Source: an uncultured delta proteobacterium (lineage in GTDB: Bacteria; Desulfobacterota; Desulfuromonadia; Geobacterales; DSM-12255). Taken from it: a DNA stretch of 64,000 nt. Positions 37,601 to 49,383 of the stretch are shown piece after piece. The position numbers were made by a program, and so were the translations under genes. The first letter of the stretch is position 1. Each line of letters opens with the position of its first letter. The notes beneath the pieces are model-generated. The model saw only the letters and a program-made list of their open reading frames with translations, did not search any database and was not told where the DNA came from. The stretch covers positions 1 through 64,000 of the forward strand of contig CAWBBV010000002.1 in assembly GCA_963787125.1 (NCBI GenBank). The letters are read 5' to 3'.

Positions 37601-39592
37601 CTATTTGCGCAGGGATGTGTAAACACCATCCCAGTCTTTTGGGGGCGGTTTGGCGATGAAGTCGGCGCAACGCTGGTGAAAAAGGCGCGATGGTGGATCG
37701 TTATAGCGCTCCACCAGTTCCGCGAAGATCGCATCGGCCTCTACGAACCGGCACTGGCGGAAATGATCGAGAGCTTCTTCGTAAGGGGCGAAGACCGGGC
37801 TCTCCTGCACTGAAACCTCGTAGAGTTCAGTAGGTAGTTCCTTCCCCTTGAGGCGCACCGCATCGACGCGGCGCAGATAATACTTCCCCCGGGGGAGGAG
37901 CGAACGGGTCCCTTCGCTGATCAACAGCCGGGTACCGTAGAGTTTATTGATACTCTCCAGGCGCGAGGCGAGATTAACATTGTCGCCGATGGCGGTGTAC
38001 TCCATCTTTTTGCCGGTGACGCCGATGTTGCCGACAATCACCTCGCCTGTATTGATGCCGATGCGCAGCGACAGGGGGGCCTGCCCTGAAGCCTGCCAAC
38101 GGCTGCGCAACTCCTCCATTTTGACTCTCATGCGCAAGGCGCAATCGACCGCCAGCTCGGCGTGGTTGTCCTGCGGCAACGGCGCTCCCCAGAAAACCAT
38201 GATGCCGTCGCCAATGAACTTGTCCAGGGTCCCTTCGTGCTCCATGACCAGATTGGTCATCTCCGCCAGGTATTCGTTGAGAATACGCAAAACTTCCTGG
38301 GGCGGGAGTTTTTCACTGAAACCGGTATAGTTTTCCACATCGGAGAAAAGGATGGTGAGAACCCGGCTGTCACCGCCTACCCGTGCCTGGCTGGGATCCT
38401 TTATGAGCCGGTCGACGACATGCTTGGAAACGTAGCTGGAGAACATCTCCTTGACCTCTCGCGCCTTGCGATCGAGGAGGGCAAAGCGAAGATAGACGGT
38501 AGTAAAAAAGGAGAGTGCCAGCGACATTTCCGGATAGACGACGCTTATCCACATCCCCTGCAGGAAGAGGAAGTAAGCACCGCCGAAGTAGCCGAAAAAG
38601 AGTGCCGCGATCAGCGTCAGGGAGAGCGAATAGCTCAAGTAAAGGGTGATGATTGCCGCCAGGGCGCCGAGGACGACAATGGCTGTCAGGTCGATCAGCG
38701 ACTCGACGCCGCTGCGCTTCATGTAGGCGCCGCGGGACATGGCGTCAATGGCATTGGCGTGGACTTCCACCCCCGGTGAATTGTTGGAAAAGGGGGTAAC
38801 TCGCATGTCATAGATGCCGAGGGAGGTCGCCCCTACGAGAACTATCTTCCCTTTCAACTCGGCGGCGCCAACCCGCCCGGCAACGACATCGCTGAAGGAG
38901 AAGCGCTGGTAGGTTCCCGGCGGACCGATATAATTAATGTAGTGGTAAAACTCACTGTCAGTCGGGATGTCATGGTCGCCAAGGGAGATGTGAAGATTGC
39001 CGGGTTGAATGCCCGTGGCGCCAAGCAGCGCCTTGGTGGCACTTAAGGACATTGATGCGACCTGACCCTGTTCGTCGTTCAGAAGAAGGCGGATCGAACG
39101 GACCACGCCGTCGTTGTCGGGGAACATGTTGATGTGCGGCTCGGAACGCGCCGCCTGGGAGAGCAGGGGGATGCTGCGCGTTACGCCGGCGACCGTGCCG
39201 TCGCGGTTGAACTCAAAGGCTACCGCCAGAGACGTTATTCCTGAACGTTTAAGGGCGTCGGCAAAAGCCTGATCGGCGACTTCACTCTCTTTCTCCGGGA
39301 AGAAGGCATCCAGGTAGATCGCTTTCGCTCCGGCAGCGGTCGCCCGGTCAATGAATTCGGCAAAACGGGTTCGGGTCCAGGGAAAACGCCCCAGCTCCTT
39401 GACGCTCTTGTCGTCGATGGCGACGATGACGATGGCGGGGTTGGGCTTTAGCGGACCGCGGAGGTGGTAACGAAAGTCATAGCTTTTGGCTTCGAAGCTT
39501 TCGACAAGCGGGTTTTGCCCATAATAGAGAAGGACGCAGACCACCGTGACCATAAAGGTGAGAGTCAGAATAATCAGTTTTTGCCGTTTCAT
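37601..39592 (-). CDS. CHASE2-domain class III adenylate/guanylate cyclase
   Basis: IVAIDD...GRFPW, DNDGVVR, GVEVHA; LFSDV, DKFIGDG, GDNVNLASRLE. Confidence 0.93.
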   Translation of the reverse strand: MKRQKLIILTLTFMVTVVCVLLYYGQNPLVESFEAKSYDFRYHLRGPLKPNPAIVIVAIDDKSVKELGRFPWTRTRFAEFIDRATAAGAKAIYLDAFFPEKESEVADQAFADALKRSGITSLAVAFEFNRDGTVAGVTRSIPLLSQAARSEPHINMFPDNDGVVRSIRLLLNDEQGQVASMSLSATKALLGATGIQPGNLHISLGDHDIPTDSEFYHYINYIGPPGTYQRFSFSDVVAGRVGAAELKGKIVLVGATSLGIYDMRVTPFSNNSPGVEVHANAIDAMSRGAYMKRSGVESLIDLTAIVVLGALAAIITLYLSYSLSLTLIAALFFGYFGGAYFLFLQGMWISVVYPEMSLALSFFTTVYLRFALLDRKAREVKEMFSSYVSKHVVDRLIKDPSQARVGGDSRVLTILFSDVENYTGFSEKLPPQEVLRILNEYLAEMTNLVMEHEGTLDKFIGDGIMVFWGAPLPQDNHAELAVDCALRMRVKMEELRSRWQASGQAPLSLRIGINTGEVIVGNIGVTGKKMEYTAIGDNVNLASRLESINKLYGTRLLISEGTRSLLPRGKYYLRRVDAVRLKGKELPTELYEVSVQESPVFAPYEEALDHFRQCRFVEADAIFAELVERYNDPPSRLFHQRCADFIAKPPPKDWDGVYTSLRK

Positions 39593-39722
39593 GGAAGACT
39601 CCGCCGCATTTAGTGGGGATTGATGGCAGCCATTTTAGTGGAGGGGATGGCGAATGTAAATAAATGTGATCAGTAATTTGCAAACAGGTCCTCAAACGGA
39701 CCTGTACAATCGTTTGTGTAAA

Positions 39723-41396
39723 CCCCAATCCGCAAAACTATTGGGTTAATATAGTGTAACATGCTATAATCCTTCACATAATTGTAGTGAAGGAGCTCAC
39801 CCGAATGGTGAAAGACAATCTCGGTTTTCAGTATGTAGCAGCCCGACAGACGCTAACTTCCGTAGCAGGATTGGAGCTGCTCACCACCCTCATACGCCGT
39901 CTCGATCTGATTCGAGCCATCAGAAACGAAGTGCGGGTCAAGAAGATCGACTACGGCTTCCGGGAAGAGGAACATCTAATCCCGCTGTTACTAAACATTT
40001 CCTTACGCCGGACCAGCTACACTGATCTTGCCTGGCTGGCACGGGAAGAGAAACTGCTCAAGAAATCGCTCGGCTTTGGCAAACTCCCCAAAGAGCGAGC
40101 TGTTGCCATGCATCTGGAGAAATATGGCAAAGAGGAAATAACCGGTCTCAAGCGGGTCGGCGCAAAGATTGTTTCCCAAGCAAGCATCACAGCTGAACCG
40201 GGGGCTGAAGGCTATATTCCCTGCGACATTGACCCGAGTATCTTCGAGCAATTTGCTCCCAAACGGGAAGGGGTTCAAACCACTTACAACGGTAAACTTT
40301 GCTACACCCCTGTATTTGCAGTTCTCGGGCGCGAACGGTTCTGCATCAATCACTGGCTGTTGCCAGGCAGAGAGAAAGCTGTTGAACGGATTGACGAATT
40401 CATCAGGGAAACGGCAGAGCTGCTCCCCGAGAAAATAGATCGGAACAAGCTCCTGTTTCGCTACGATGCCGGGCTTTACAGCATCAAAACTGTTCAAGCC
40501 AGCGAAGATGCTAAAGCATACTATCTGGTCAAGGCCCGAGCCAGCGGCGCATTGGATCGAGTGGTAAACGAGAATCTCGATGTCGATGTTATGAGCCTCA
40601 AAGTCACTGACTTCGGCGGCGAGTTTTACGGAGAATTCGAGTACACCCCAAGCGGCTGGAAAACTCCCCGCCGTTTCGTCTTCTGTGTTCAGATCAAGTC
40701 CGTAGACGAGAAAGGACAGCCACTGCTGCTCAATGACGTCCGCTACCACATACTGGCCACCAATCTACCCAAAGAAGTCACCCCGCAGCGGGCATTCGAA
40801 CTCTATCGGGGGCGTGGAGCTGCAGAAGAAGCGAACAAGGAACTCAAGCACGACCTGGATCTGGAGCGACTCCCCTCCCAGACCTTCAGTGTCAACGAAG
40901 TATTCCTTACCTTGGGGACCATGGCCTACAACCTGCTTATCCTGCTGGGTCAGCAGTGGCGGGATGAAGCTGGTGACGGAGAGATGGACAGTCACTTAAC
41001 ACCGGTACGGCGGCGGATCAAGACCATTCAGGATTATCTGCTGCGTAGTGCGGCAATCGTGGTCAATCATGCCCGCAAGAGCCTGCTGAAAGTCAACGGC
41101 TGGTGGCTGGAGAAACTTCGCCCTGACAGGATTCAGGCAAGAATCGGCAGGCTTCAGCCGGTAACCTGCTAAAGAAAAGCTGAAAACGAGATTGTCAAAG
41201 AACAAAAAAGCAAGAACAAGGGGGCAGTTCGTCTTCAGTCCGGCAAAAAACATCGTCTGAAGAGGCAAATAGCGCGTCACTTTTTGAATTTTAGAGAAAA
41301 TATGTGTTTTCGACTCCCATCAAAGGGAGCTCACTGAAAAAATACCCCCGAACTCACGCTGCCTGAATGTGTCCGGCAGAGATTTGCGGATTCGGG
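39723..41396 (+). mobile_element. IS1380-like insertion sequence, copy B
   Basis: Inverted repeats CCCCAATCCGCAAA / TTTGCGGATTCGGG; perfect 5-bp target duplication GTAAA (39718-39722, 41397-41401). Confidence 0.92.
39787..41172 (+). CDS. IS1380-family DDE transposase
   Basis: 461 aa, diverged paralogue of 3831-5216. Confidence 0.85.
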   Translation: MKELTRMVKDNLGFQYVAARQTLTSVAGLELLTTLIRRLDLIRAIRNEVRVKKIDYGFREEEHLIPLLLNISLRRTSYTDLAWLAREEKLLKKSLGFGKLPKERAVAMHLEKYGKEEITGLKRVGAKIVSQASITAEPGAEGYIPCDIDPSIFEQFAPKREGVQTTYNGKLCYTPVFAVLGRERFCINHWLLPGREKAVERIDEFIRETAELLPEKIDRNKLLFRYDAGLYSIKTVQASEDAKAYYLVKARASGALDRVVNENLDVDVMSLKVTDFGGEFYGEFEYTPSGWKTPRRFVFCVQIKSVDEKGQPLLLNDVRYHILATNLPKEVTPQRAFELYRGRGAAEEANKELKHDLDLERLPSQTFSVNEVFLTLGTMAYNLLILLGQQWRDEAGDGEMDSHLTPVRRRIKTIQDYLLRSAAIVVNHARKSLLKVNGWWLEKLRPDRIQARIGRLQPVTC

Positions 41397-41441
41397 GTAA
41401 ATGCTGAAATTCGGTAAAACAACCCACAGGAGGGATATACC

Positions 41442-42656
41442 GATGGCAACCACAGACGAACTGCTCGACATTTTGATGAAGAACTACAAGAAGCCCGAAG
41501 ATTTGATTGGAGAGAACGGGCTTCTGAAGCAACTAACCAAAAGGTTGTTAGAACGGGCAATGCAAGCCGAGCTGACTGAGCACCTTAGTTATGAGAAACA
41601 TGCTCCCAGCGGCAAGAACAGTGGCAATTCCCGTAACGGTGGTTATAATAAAACCATCACTGGTGATTTTGGCAACCTCGATATTACTACACCTCGTGAC
41701 CGCAATTCAACGTTTGAACCGGTCATCCTACCCAAAGGTGAAACCCGCTTTACTGGCTTTGATGACAAGATCATTTCCATGTACGCCCGAGGCATGACCA
41801 CTCGTGACATTCAAGGGCATCTGCAAGAGATTTACGGGATAGATGTATCACCCGCCCTGATTTCCCAAGTTACCGACGCAATCAGTGAGGAAGTAATCCT
41901 TTGGCAGAACCGACCACTGGACGATGTCTACCCTATCGTCTATCTTGATGCTGTCCGGATCAAGGTGCGCCACGATAGCAGGGTCATCAACAAGGCGGTA
42001 TATCTTGCTATCGGTGTCAACATGGACGGCATCAAAGAAGTTCTCGGCATGTGGACAGCCGAAAACGAGGGGGCCAAGTTCTGGCTTCAGGTTGTTACCG
42101 AACTGAAGAACCGTGGAGTCAAAGACATCTTCATCGCCTGCGTGGATGGCCTCAAGGGATTCCCTGAGGCAATAGAGGCAATCTTTTCCAAAACCCAGAT
42201 TCAGCTTTGCATCGTTCATATGGTGCGCCACAGCCTGAACTACGTCTCTTGGAAACAACGCAAAGAAGTGGCAGATGACCTCAAGACGATTTACCAAGCC
42301 TCAACAGTCGAACTGGCAGAGAGAAATCTTGAAGCTATTACCGCCAAATGGGATGTCAGCCATCCGTCAATTTCAAAATCATGGCGGAACAACTGGGAGC
42401 GGATCATACCGCTGTTTGCATATCCAGCAGATATTCGCAAGGCGATTTATACGACCAACGCCATCGAATCCATGAACATGTCACTCCGCAAGGTTACCAA
42501 AAACCGAGGTCACTTTCCAGTGACGAAGCCATGTTCAAGCTGTTGTACCTGGCTCTGAGGAACATTGCCAAAAAATGGACAATGCCTATCAAGGACTGGA
42601 AATCAGCATTGAACCAATTCAGCATTCTGTTTGAAGATAGAATGCCACACCATTAG
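41442..42656 (+). pseudogene. IS256-family transposase, frameshifted near 42517
   Basis: NSRNG, PRDRN, VYLDA, DGLKGF, TTNAIES; the C-terminus SDEAMFKLLYLAL is in another frame (one base missing). Confidence 0.88.
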
Positions 42657-42773
42657 AGTTTTTGGCGTTCAACAGATTATTTAGGGATTTTTGGTTGTAA
42701 TTTACCGGAATAACGATATTGTTTTCTTCAACAGTACTGTTTCAGGAGAGGTCCCAAGTGGCAATACTATTGC

Positions 42774-42842
<69 letters not shown>

Positions 42843-43035
42843 AAAAATCTCTTCCTGACAAATACTGCTGTCAACAATTATTCTGATTGATGCCAATATA
42901 AACCGGCGTTGCGGTCTTTTCCGTGCGCCGGTTTTCGTTTAAATGTAGTGACTCTGGTTTTAAAAAGGACTGCCATGAATAAAGGTACGCTGATAAAAAT
43001 CCTGGCGGTTATACGCGGGGTAGTGTGATTAGGGG

Positions 43036-46000
43036 GTGACCATGTTTTCCACACTTGAAAGGAGTTGCTCATCTACTCCAATTATTTGGCGGGGGTTCAG
43101 TAGAGCCTTGCCGGTATTCTTTATTGCCCTTTTTCTTTCGCTATTTGCAAGCATGGCTACACAAACTTCGGCATCTGCCAATCAATCTCCTCCCAACAGT
43201 ACAAAACCTGTTACCTCCAATCAAGAACAAAAAGACACGCTGATCGTCGGAAGTGAACAGGACTATCCCCCTTTTGCTTCAGGTATGACCGATGACACCG
43301 CAGGTGGTTTTACCGTTGATCTGTGGAAGGCCGTTGCCGCTGAAGCAGGCTTGAACTATTCAATCCGTGTACACCCTTTTAATCAGGTACTGCAGGGATT
43401 CAAAGAGGGCACAATCAATGTCCTGATCAATCTCGCAATTTCTGATGCGCGCCGTCAATTCGCCGATTTCAGCGTTCCCCATGTCACCGTCCATGGTGCG
43501 ATCTTTGTACGCAAAGGCGAGTCAGGCATCCACACAGAAGAAGACCTTGCCGGGAAATCCATTATCGTACTCAAAGCCGATCTGGCACACGACTACGCTG
43601 TATCCAAAGGGTGGGAGAAACAACTGGTTCTGGTGGACACTGCCGCTGAAGGCTTGCGGCTCTTGGCGTCGGGCAAGCACGACGCTATGCTGCTGGCTAA
43701 ACTGGCCGGAATACTGACGTTGAATGAAACGAAACTGACCAATATTAAAGCGCTGAAAACCAAGGCAGGGTTCTCACAAAAGTTTGCCTTTGCTGTACCG
43801 CATGGACAGGCTGAGTTGTTGGGCAAGCTCAACGAGGGATTGGCGCTCACCAAGTCCAATGGAACGTATGACGCACTGTACGAAAAATGGTTCGGTATTT
43901 ATGAGGTAAAAGAAGTCGGTCTGCGCGATATACTGAAGTACATCATTCCTTTAGTCGTGCTCTTCCTCGGTTTCGCGGGGTATTTCCTCTATCGACGATA
44001 CGTTGAACGCAAAGAGGCAGAAAGGAAATATCGCGATCTTTATGACAATGCGCCAGACATGTTTTTGTCGATCGAAGCGAGGGGTGCCGCTATCACCGAT
44101 TGCAATCAGACTTTGCTGAACGTCACGGGTTTGTCCAGGGAAGAAGTAGTAGGTAGTTCTATGTACGAACTTTTCCACTCAGATTGTGCCGACCAGGCCA
44201 GGGATGCGTTTCAGGCTTTCATAGTCAGCAAAGAAACACTTGATGTGGAGCTCACATTGCGGTGCAAGAACGGTAATAAAATCTATGTGAGCATGAATGC
44301 TTCGGCAGTATGCGATGAACGCGGCATCACACTACACAGTCGCACGACATTGCGCGATATCACCGAGCGCAAGCTGGCGGAAGAGGAGCTCCACCGGATA
44401 AGCAAGCTCTTGGAAATGATTTTCGAGAATATCCCGAACATGATCTTCCTCAAGGAGGCCAGAGAACTCCGGTTCGTTCGCTTCAACCAAGCTGGAGAGG
44501 AACTGTTGGGCTATTCCAGAGAAAACCTGATGGGGAAGAACGACTACGACTTCTTCCCGGAGGAGCAGGCCGACTTCTTTACAAAGAAGGACCGGGAGGT
44601 ACTGCATCTGGGGGGGATTCTGGATATCCCTGAAGAAGCACTGCAGACCCTCAACAGGGGAACCCGAACTCTTCACACCAAAAAAGTACCGATCTTGGAT
44701 TTCGATGGAAAACCGGAGTTCCTGCTTGGTATCTCTGAAGACATCACTGAGCGAAAGTTAAGGGAATCATATCGAGAAATGGGACGGGAAATCCTACTGA
44801 TACTTAACGAGCCTGGAGATATCCAGGATTCAGTCAAGCGCGTTCTTACCGTATTGAAGACATATACAGGGTTTGATGCGATCGGCATTCGTCTTCAAGA
44901 GGGGGATGACTTTCCGTATGTTACCCAAGAAGGTTTTTCCAAAGAGTTTCTGCGGACGGAAAACAAATTAGTCGAATGTGACGCTGATGGCAAAGTGTGT
45001 CGAGACAATGACTGTAACGTCAGGCTAGAATGTACCTGCGGTCTGGTTATTTCTGGTAAGACAGACTCGACTAATCCGCTATTCACTGATGGTGGAAGCT
45101 TCTGGACGAACAATTCCATAGCATTGCTCGACCTGCCGACTGAGCGGGATCCTCGGTATCATCCACGTAACAAGTGTATGCACGACGGCTATACCTCCTT
45201 AGCTCTGATACCAATTCGGGATAACGACAGGATCGTAGGCCTTATCCACCTCAATGATCGGCGCACAGGATGTTTCACTCTCGAAACGATTGAATTCGTG
45301 GAAGGAATAGCATCGCAAATCGGAGTAGCACTGATGCGCAAGCGCGTAGAAGAAGAAAATTTGGCACTTGAACAGCAACTCCAGCGGTCACGGAAGCTAG
45401 AGAGCCTCGGTGTCCTGGCCGGCGGCATCGCCCATAACTTCAATAACCTTCTGCAGGTCATAATTGGAAATTGTGCTCTGGCAAAGATGACACCGGAAAC
45501 CTCAAAAAAATGTATCCCGAATATAGAACTGGCCGCAGAGAGTGCTGCTGAACTATGTCGGCAGATGATGGACTACGCTAAAAATGGCGAAGCTATCCAG
45601 ACACAGGTCAATATGCGTGCTCTGGTGGATGATCAAATCAATATATTGAACTCTTCCCAACGCCAGAATCTGGTGATCAGAGCAACTCTTCCTGCAGAAA
45701 TTACATTCATCAAGGGCGATGCCAGCCAGTTAAAACAGATCGTCATGAATCTAATCATCAATGCATGCGAAGCCATCGGTGAAGAGCAGGGTTTGATTAC
45801 AGTATCGCTTGTCGAGTTGGAGGTAAAAGCCGGTAAAACTGAGAGGGACTATCTGGGTCAAGTCATACCACCTGGATGGTATGTTTATCTGGAAGTAACC
45901 GACAGTGGTTGCGGCATGGACGAGGAGACAAAACGTCACATATTCGAACCATTCTACACTACCAAATTCACAGGACGCGGTCTGGGGATGTCGGCAACCC

Positions 46001-46533
46001 TCGGCATCATCACCGCGCATAAGGGGGCATTGCAACTGACCAGTCAACAGGGACAGGGAACAACCGTCAAAGTTTATCTACCTGTTGCGGCACGTGACGC
46101 CAGCGGAGACGAAGTTTGTGAGCAGACAGCCTCTGGTCCGTGGCAGGGAAGCGGCACGATACTGTTGGTAGAAGATGAAGAGCAGGTCAAAGCTGTTGCA
46201 AAAGAGATGTTGGAGGCACTTGGTTTCACGGTTCTTGAAGCAACAAACGGCAAGGAAGCGTTGGAGTTGTACAAGAAAGCTGCTGAAGAAATCACCCTTG
46301 TTGTAACAGACATTGGCATGCCGGTCATGGACGGCTATGCGTTATTCAGGGATCTGAAAAAGCTTGACCCATCACTGCCGATCATCATTTCCAGCGGTTT
46401 TGGGGATGACGAAGTTACCTCCAGGATCCCTCGCAAGGCTATAGCCGGCCTGATCAGCAAGCCGTACCGGTTTGACCAGTTGCGTGATGTGCTGAAGGTG
46501 GGTTGTGGAGGGAGTACAGTAAGCCCGGTTTAA
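43036..46533 (+). CDS. Hybrid sensor histidine kinase (solute-binding-TM-PAS-PAS-GAF-HisKA-HATPase-REC)
   Basis: GSEQDYPPF, two DITERK, AHNFNN, FYTTKFTGRGLG, LVEDE/TDIGMP; exact start uncertain. Confidence 0.92.
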   Translation: MTMFSTLERSCSSTPIIWRGFSRALPVFFIALFLSLFASMATQTSASANQSPPNSTKPVTSNQEQKDTLIVGSEQDYPPFASGMTDDTAGGFTVDLWKAVAAEAGLNYSIRVHPFNQVLQGFKEGTINVLINLAISDARRQFADFSVPHVTVHGAIFVRKGESGIHTEEDLAGKSIIVLKADLAHDYAVSKGWEKQLVLVDTAAEGLRLLASGKHDAMLLAKLAGILTLNETKLTNIKALKTKAGFSQKFAFAVPHGQAELLGKLNEGLALTKSNGTYDALYEKWFGIYEVKEVGLRDILKYIIPLVVLFLGFAGYFLYRRYVERKEAERKYRDLYDNAPDMFLSIEARGAAITDCNQTLLNVTGLSREEVVGSSMYELFHSDCADQARDAFQAFIVSKETLDVELTLRCKNGNKIYVSMNASAVCDERGITLHSRTTLRDITERKLAEEELHRISKLLEMIFENIPNMIFLKEARELRFVRFNQAGEELLGYSRENLMGKNDYDFFPEEQADFFTKKDREVLHLGGILDIPEEALQTLNRGTRTLHTKKVPILDFDGKPEFLLGISEDITERKLRESYREMGREILLILNEPGDIQDSVKRVLTVLKTYTGFDAIGIRLQEGDDFPYVTQEGFSKEFLRTENKLVECDADGKVCRDNDCNVRLECTCGLVISGKTDSTNPLFTDGGSFWTNNSIALLDLPTERDPRYHPRNKCMHDGYTSLALIPIRDNDRIVGLIHLNDRRTGCFTLETIEFVEGIASQIGVALMRKRVEEENLALEQQLQRSRKLESLGVLAGGIAHNFNNLLQVIIGNCALAKMTPETSKKCIPNIELAAESAAELCRQMMDYAKNGEAIQTQVNMRALVDDQINILNSSQRQNLVIRATLPAEITFIKGDASQLKQIVMNLIINACEAIGEEQGLITVSLVELEVKAGKTERDYLGQVIPPGWYVYLEVTDSGCGMDEETKRHIFEPFYTTKFTGRGLGMSATLGIITAHKGALQLTSQQGQGTTVKVYLPVAARDASGDEVCEQTASGPWQGSGTILLVEDEEQVKAVAKEMLEALGFTVLEATNGKEALELYKKAAEEITLVVTDIGMPVMDGYALFRDLKKLDPSLPIIISSGFGDDEVTSRIPRKAIAGLISKPYRFDQLRDVLKVGCGGSTVSPV

Positions 46534-46651
46534 GGGGAAAATTTACTAATTTGCAGGATAAAAACCAGCTTCAACTATTACCGAAAAGTTGTTTACACAA
46601 ATAGATTGACAGGTCCATTCAAACGCCCGATTGGCTGACAATGCCGGTATC

Positions 46652-47068
46652 TCAAAGGTCTCCAGTCAATCGCTGCAATTCATACAACTTGGGATTGACA
46701 CTCCTGACGCATTCGATCATCTCCTTGAGCTGCTCTTCATCCAGCCCGAGTTCTTCATCTTTCTCCTGAAAATACGGATACCCTTTTGGTAGCGGCGAAT
46801 AAGTTCCGTCTTTGAGTAAAGATGCATCCACATGGTCATTAACCCTACCGATTGCTTCCCACGGATCACGATAGGTAAACTGGCGGGCGACAATGTGAAG
46901 CTCAAGGCCGTTGGGGAAGACGCTGCGGACTTCAAAAGAAAACTCCCGGGGAGCGCTGTAATGTTCGCTCCGCCCGGAACGGGCCATGACACTTGCCCCG
47001 GCAACCTCCAGCAGTTCCCGCACCGAATCTACTGTCATCGTTTTCCTGTCTTCCATCCTTAACTCCAC
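46652..47068 (-). CDS. Hypothetical protein
   Basis: 138-aa ORF co-oriented at the end of the ars operon; start uncertain. Confidence 0.6.
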   Translation of the reverse strand: MELRMEDRKTMTVDSVRELLEVAGASVMARSGRSEHYSAPREFSFEVRSVFPNGLELHIVARQFTYRDPWEAIGRVNDHVDASLLKDGTYSPLPKGYPYFQEKDEELGLDEEQLKEMIECVRSVNPKLYELQRLTGDL

Positions 47069-47071
47069 AAA

Positions 47072-47860
47072 CTACTTTTTTTTGAATGGCAACACCAGCA
47101 ATGCAACAAAGGAAAGTGCTGTTGTTGCCCTGAACTCCCTGAGTCCAATGGTCATTCCGGGATGACCATCCTGAGGCTGCGCCCTGTAGGTGCCAAAAAG
47201 CCGGTCCCAAACCGGGATATTAAACCCGAAATTACTGTTGGTTTCACGCACAATGACAGAATGATGCACCCGGTGCATGTCAGGAGTCACTATGACAAGG
47301 CGCAACCACCGATCAATCTGCGGCTGAATCCTTATGTTACCATGATTGAACTGGGCCGCAGCATTGAGAATTGTCTCAAAAATGATGACTGCAGTAGCAG
47401 GTGCTCCGCATATCGCAACAGCAGCCAGCTTTATCAACAGGGAGATGATGATTTCCAGCGGGTGGAAACGATTGCCGGTGGTAACATCGATATCAAGGTC
47501 AGTATGGTGAACCCGGTGCAGCCGCCAGAGGAGGGGCTGATAATGAAAAACCAGATGCTGCAGATAGATAATCAGATCGAGAAAAATCAGGGCGGCTGCA
47601 ACCTTCACCCAACCGGGAAGTGACATGTTGTTCAGAAGCCCCCAACCGTTCACGTGCGCCATAACGGCCATACTGGCCGGAAGTATCGGCACAAGGAATC
47701 TTGGAACTACGGCATTGATTGCCACCAGGGAGAGATTTATCCGCCAACGTCTGCCTTTGCTGTCGCATAACTGACGGCACGGCGCCAGCCGCTCCCAAAG
47801 CGCAACCAGCAGAAAAGTTCCGCAAAAAAATGAGAGTCTGATGCTTTCCTCCGCGTGCAT
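47072..47860 (-). CDS. Sterol desaturase/fatty acid hydroxylase family membrane protein
   Basis: His boxes HLVFH, HRVHH, FNH, HRVHH. Confidence 0.88.
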   Translation of the reverse strand: MHAEESIRLSFFCGTFLLVALWERLAPCRQLCDSKGRRWRINLSLVAINAVVPRFLVPILPASMAVMAHVNGWGLLNNMSLPGWVKVAAALIFLDLIIYLQHLVFHYQPLLWRLHRVHHTDLDIDVTTGNRFHPLEIIISLLIKLAAVAICGAPATAVIIFETILNAAAQFNHGNIRIQPQIDRWLRLVIVTPDMHRVHHSVIVRETNSNFGFNIPVWDRLFGTYRAQPQDGHPGMTIGLREFRATTALSFVALLVLPFKKK

Positions 47861-47891
47861 ATACTCACCAGTCTCCACAAAATTGAACGTT

Positions 47892-48929
47892 TCACCATCT
47901 ACGCTGAAACCGTAAAGCCACATTTACCAGGCCTATCATCACCGGAACCTCCACCAGCGGGCCGATGACCGCGGCAAAGGCTGCTCCGGAGTTAAGACCG
48001 AAAACCGCAACTGACACTGCTATTGCCAGCTCGAAATTGTTGCTTGCCGCCGTAAAGGCAAGGGTCGTGGTCTTGCTGTAGTCAGCACCGAGCCGTTTAC
48101 CCATCCAGAACGATACCAGAAACATAACTACAAAGTAAATCAGCATCGGGATGGCGATCCGCAGGACATCCAACGGCAGTTGCACAATCAGATTCCCTTT
48201 AAGACTAAACATGACAACAATCGTAAAGAGCAGGGCTATCAGGGTCAACGGACTGATCTTCGGCACCACTTCCCTGTGATAACGCTCTTTACCCATGATC
48301 TTCACACCGATGAAGCGGGTCAAGGCACCGGCCATGCACGGTACCCCCAGGTAGATGAAAACACTTTCGGCAATCTGCCGTATGCTGACATCAACAGCCA
48401 TCCCTTTGAGACCGACCATGGGCGGCAGAATTGTTATGAAAAACCAGGCGTAGATGCTGTAAAACAGCACCTGAAAAACGCTGTTAAAAGCTACCAGTCC
48501 GGCAGCGTACTCGGTGTTCCCTTCAGCCAACTCGTTCCAGACAATAACCATGGCTATGCAGCGCGCCAGTCCGATCATGATCAACCCGACCATGTACTCA
48601 GGCTTGTCCGGCAGCAGCAGCGCAGCCAGCACAAACATGAGCACCGGCCCGATCAGCCAGTTCTGCACCAAAGAGATACCAAGTATCCGCTTGTTCTTGA
48701 AGACCTCCGGCATATCCTCGTACTTCACCTTGGCAAAGGGTGGATACATCATCACAATCAGACCGGCAGCAATCGGAATATTGGTTGTCCCGACCTGAAA
48801 TCGGTTAATGAACTGCTCTACACCCGGCATAAAATATCCCAGACCGATTCCGGCTGCCATGGCGGCGAAGATCCAGAGCGTCAGCCAGCGATCAAGGAAA
48901 GACAATTTTCGGGAAAGATGTTCACTCAC
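47892..48929 (-). CDS. acr3: ACR3-family arsenite efflux pump
   Basis: [27 protein letters not shown]. Confidence 0.95.
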   Translation of the reverse strand: MSEHLSRKLSFLDRWLTLWIFAAMAAGIGLGYFMPGVEQFINRFQVGTTNIPIAAGLIVMMYPPFAKVKYEDMPEVFKNKRILGISLVQNWLIGPVLMFVLAALLLPDKPEYMVGLIMIGLARCIAMVIVWNELAEGNTEYAAGLVAFNSVFQVLFYSIYAWFFITILPPMVGLKGMAVDVSIRQIAESVFIYLGVPCMAGALTRFIGVKIMGKERYHREVVPKISPLTLIALLFTIVVMFSLKGNLIVQLPLDVLRIAIPMLIYFVVMFLVSFWMGKRLGADYSKTTTLAFTAASNNFELAIAVSVAVFGLNSGAAFAAVIGPLVEVPVMIGLVNVALRFQRRW

Positions 48930-49345
48930 GATTGTTCTCCTGTCAGATATTTGGTCAATTTCTGGCGCAAGTCATCCCGGACCCGCCGGAACTCAGGCAA
49001 CAGCTCCTCGGCTTCCCCTGATATCTGTGAAGGGTCATCGAAGCCGATGTGCACTCGCTTGACCCCTCCGAAGAACAGGGGGCACTGTTCGTTGGCAGCG
49101 CCGCAGAGAGTGATAACATGGTCAAACTTTAGACCTTCAAACTCAGCGATAGTTTTGGAGTAGTGGTGCGAAATATCTATACCCAGTTCAAGCATCACCC
49201 GACTGGCCAGAGGGTTGACCCGCGTAGCCTCGGTTCCTGCGGATAAAGCCTGAAAACCGTCGCTCAGGAAATGGTTCACCAGACCTTCAGCCATCTGGGA
49301 ACGGCAGGAATTGTGAGTACAAAGAAAAAGTATGCGCTGTTTCAT
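48926..49345 (-). CDS. arsC: Arsenate reductase (thioredoxin-coupled, LMW-PTP fold)
   Basis: [16 protein letters not shown]...CP, FDDP. Confidence 0.93.
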   Translation of the reverse strand: MKQRILFLCTHNSCRSQMAEGLVNHFLSDGFQALSAGTEATRVNPLASRVMLELGIDISHHYSKTIAEFEGLKFDHVITLCGAANEQCPLFFGGVKRVHIGFDDPSQISGEAEELLPEFRRVRDDLRQKLTKYLTGEQS

Positions 49346-49383
49346 TGGGTCAATGACCTCCTTGCACGGGATGCGTCAAGAGT

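Noticed and set aside
3608..41396. Composite transposon bounded by the two IS1380 copies
   Set aside because: Copies are diverged and copy B has its own target duplication, indicating independent insertions
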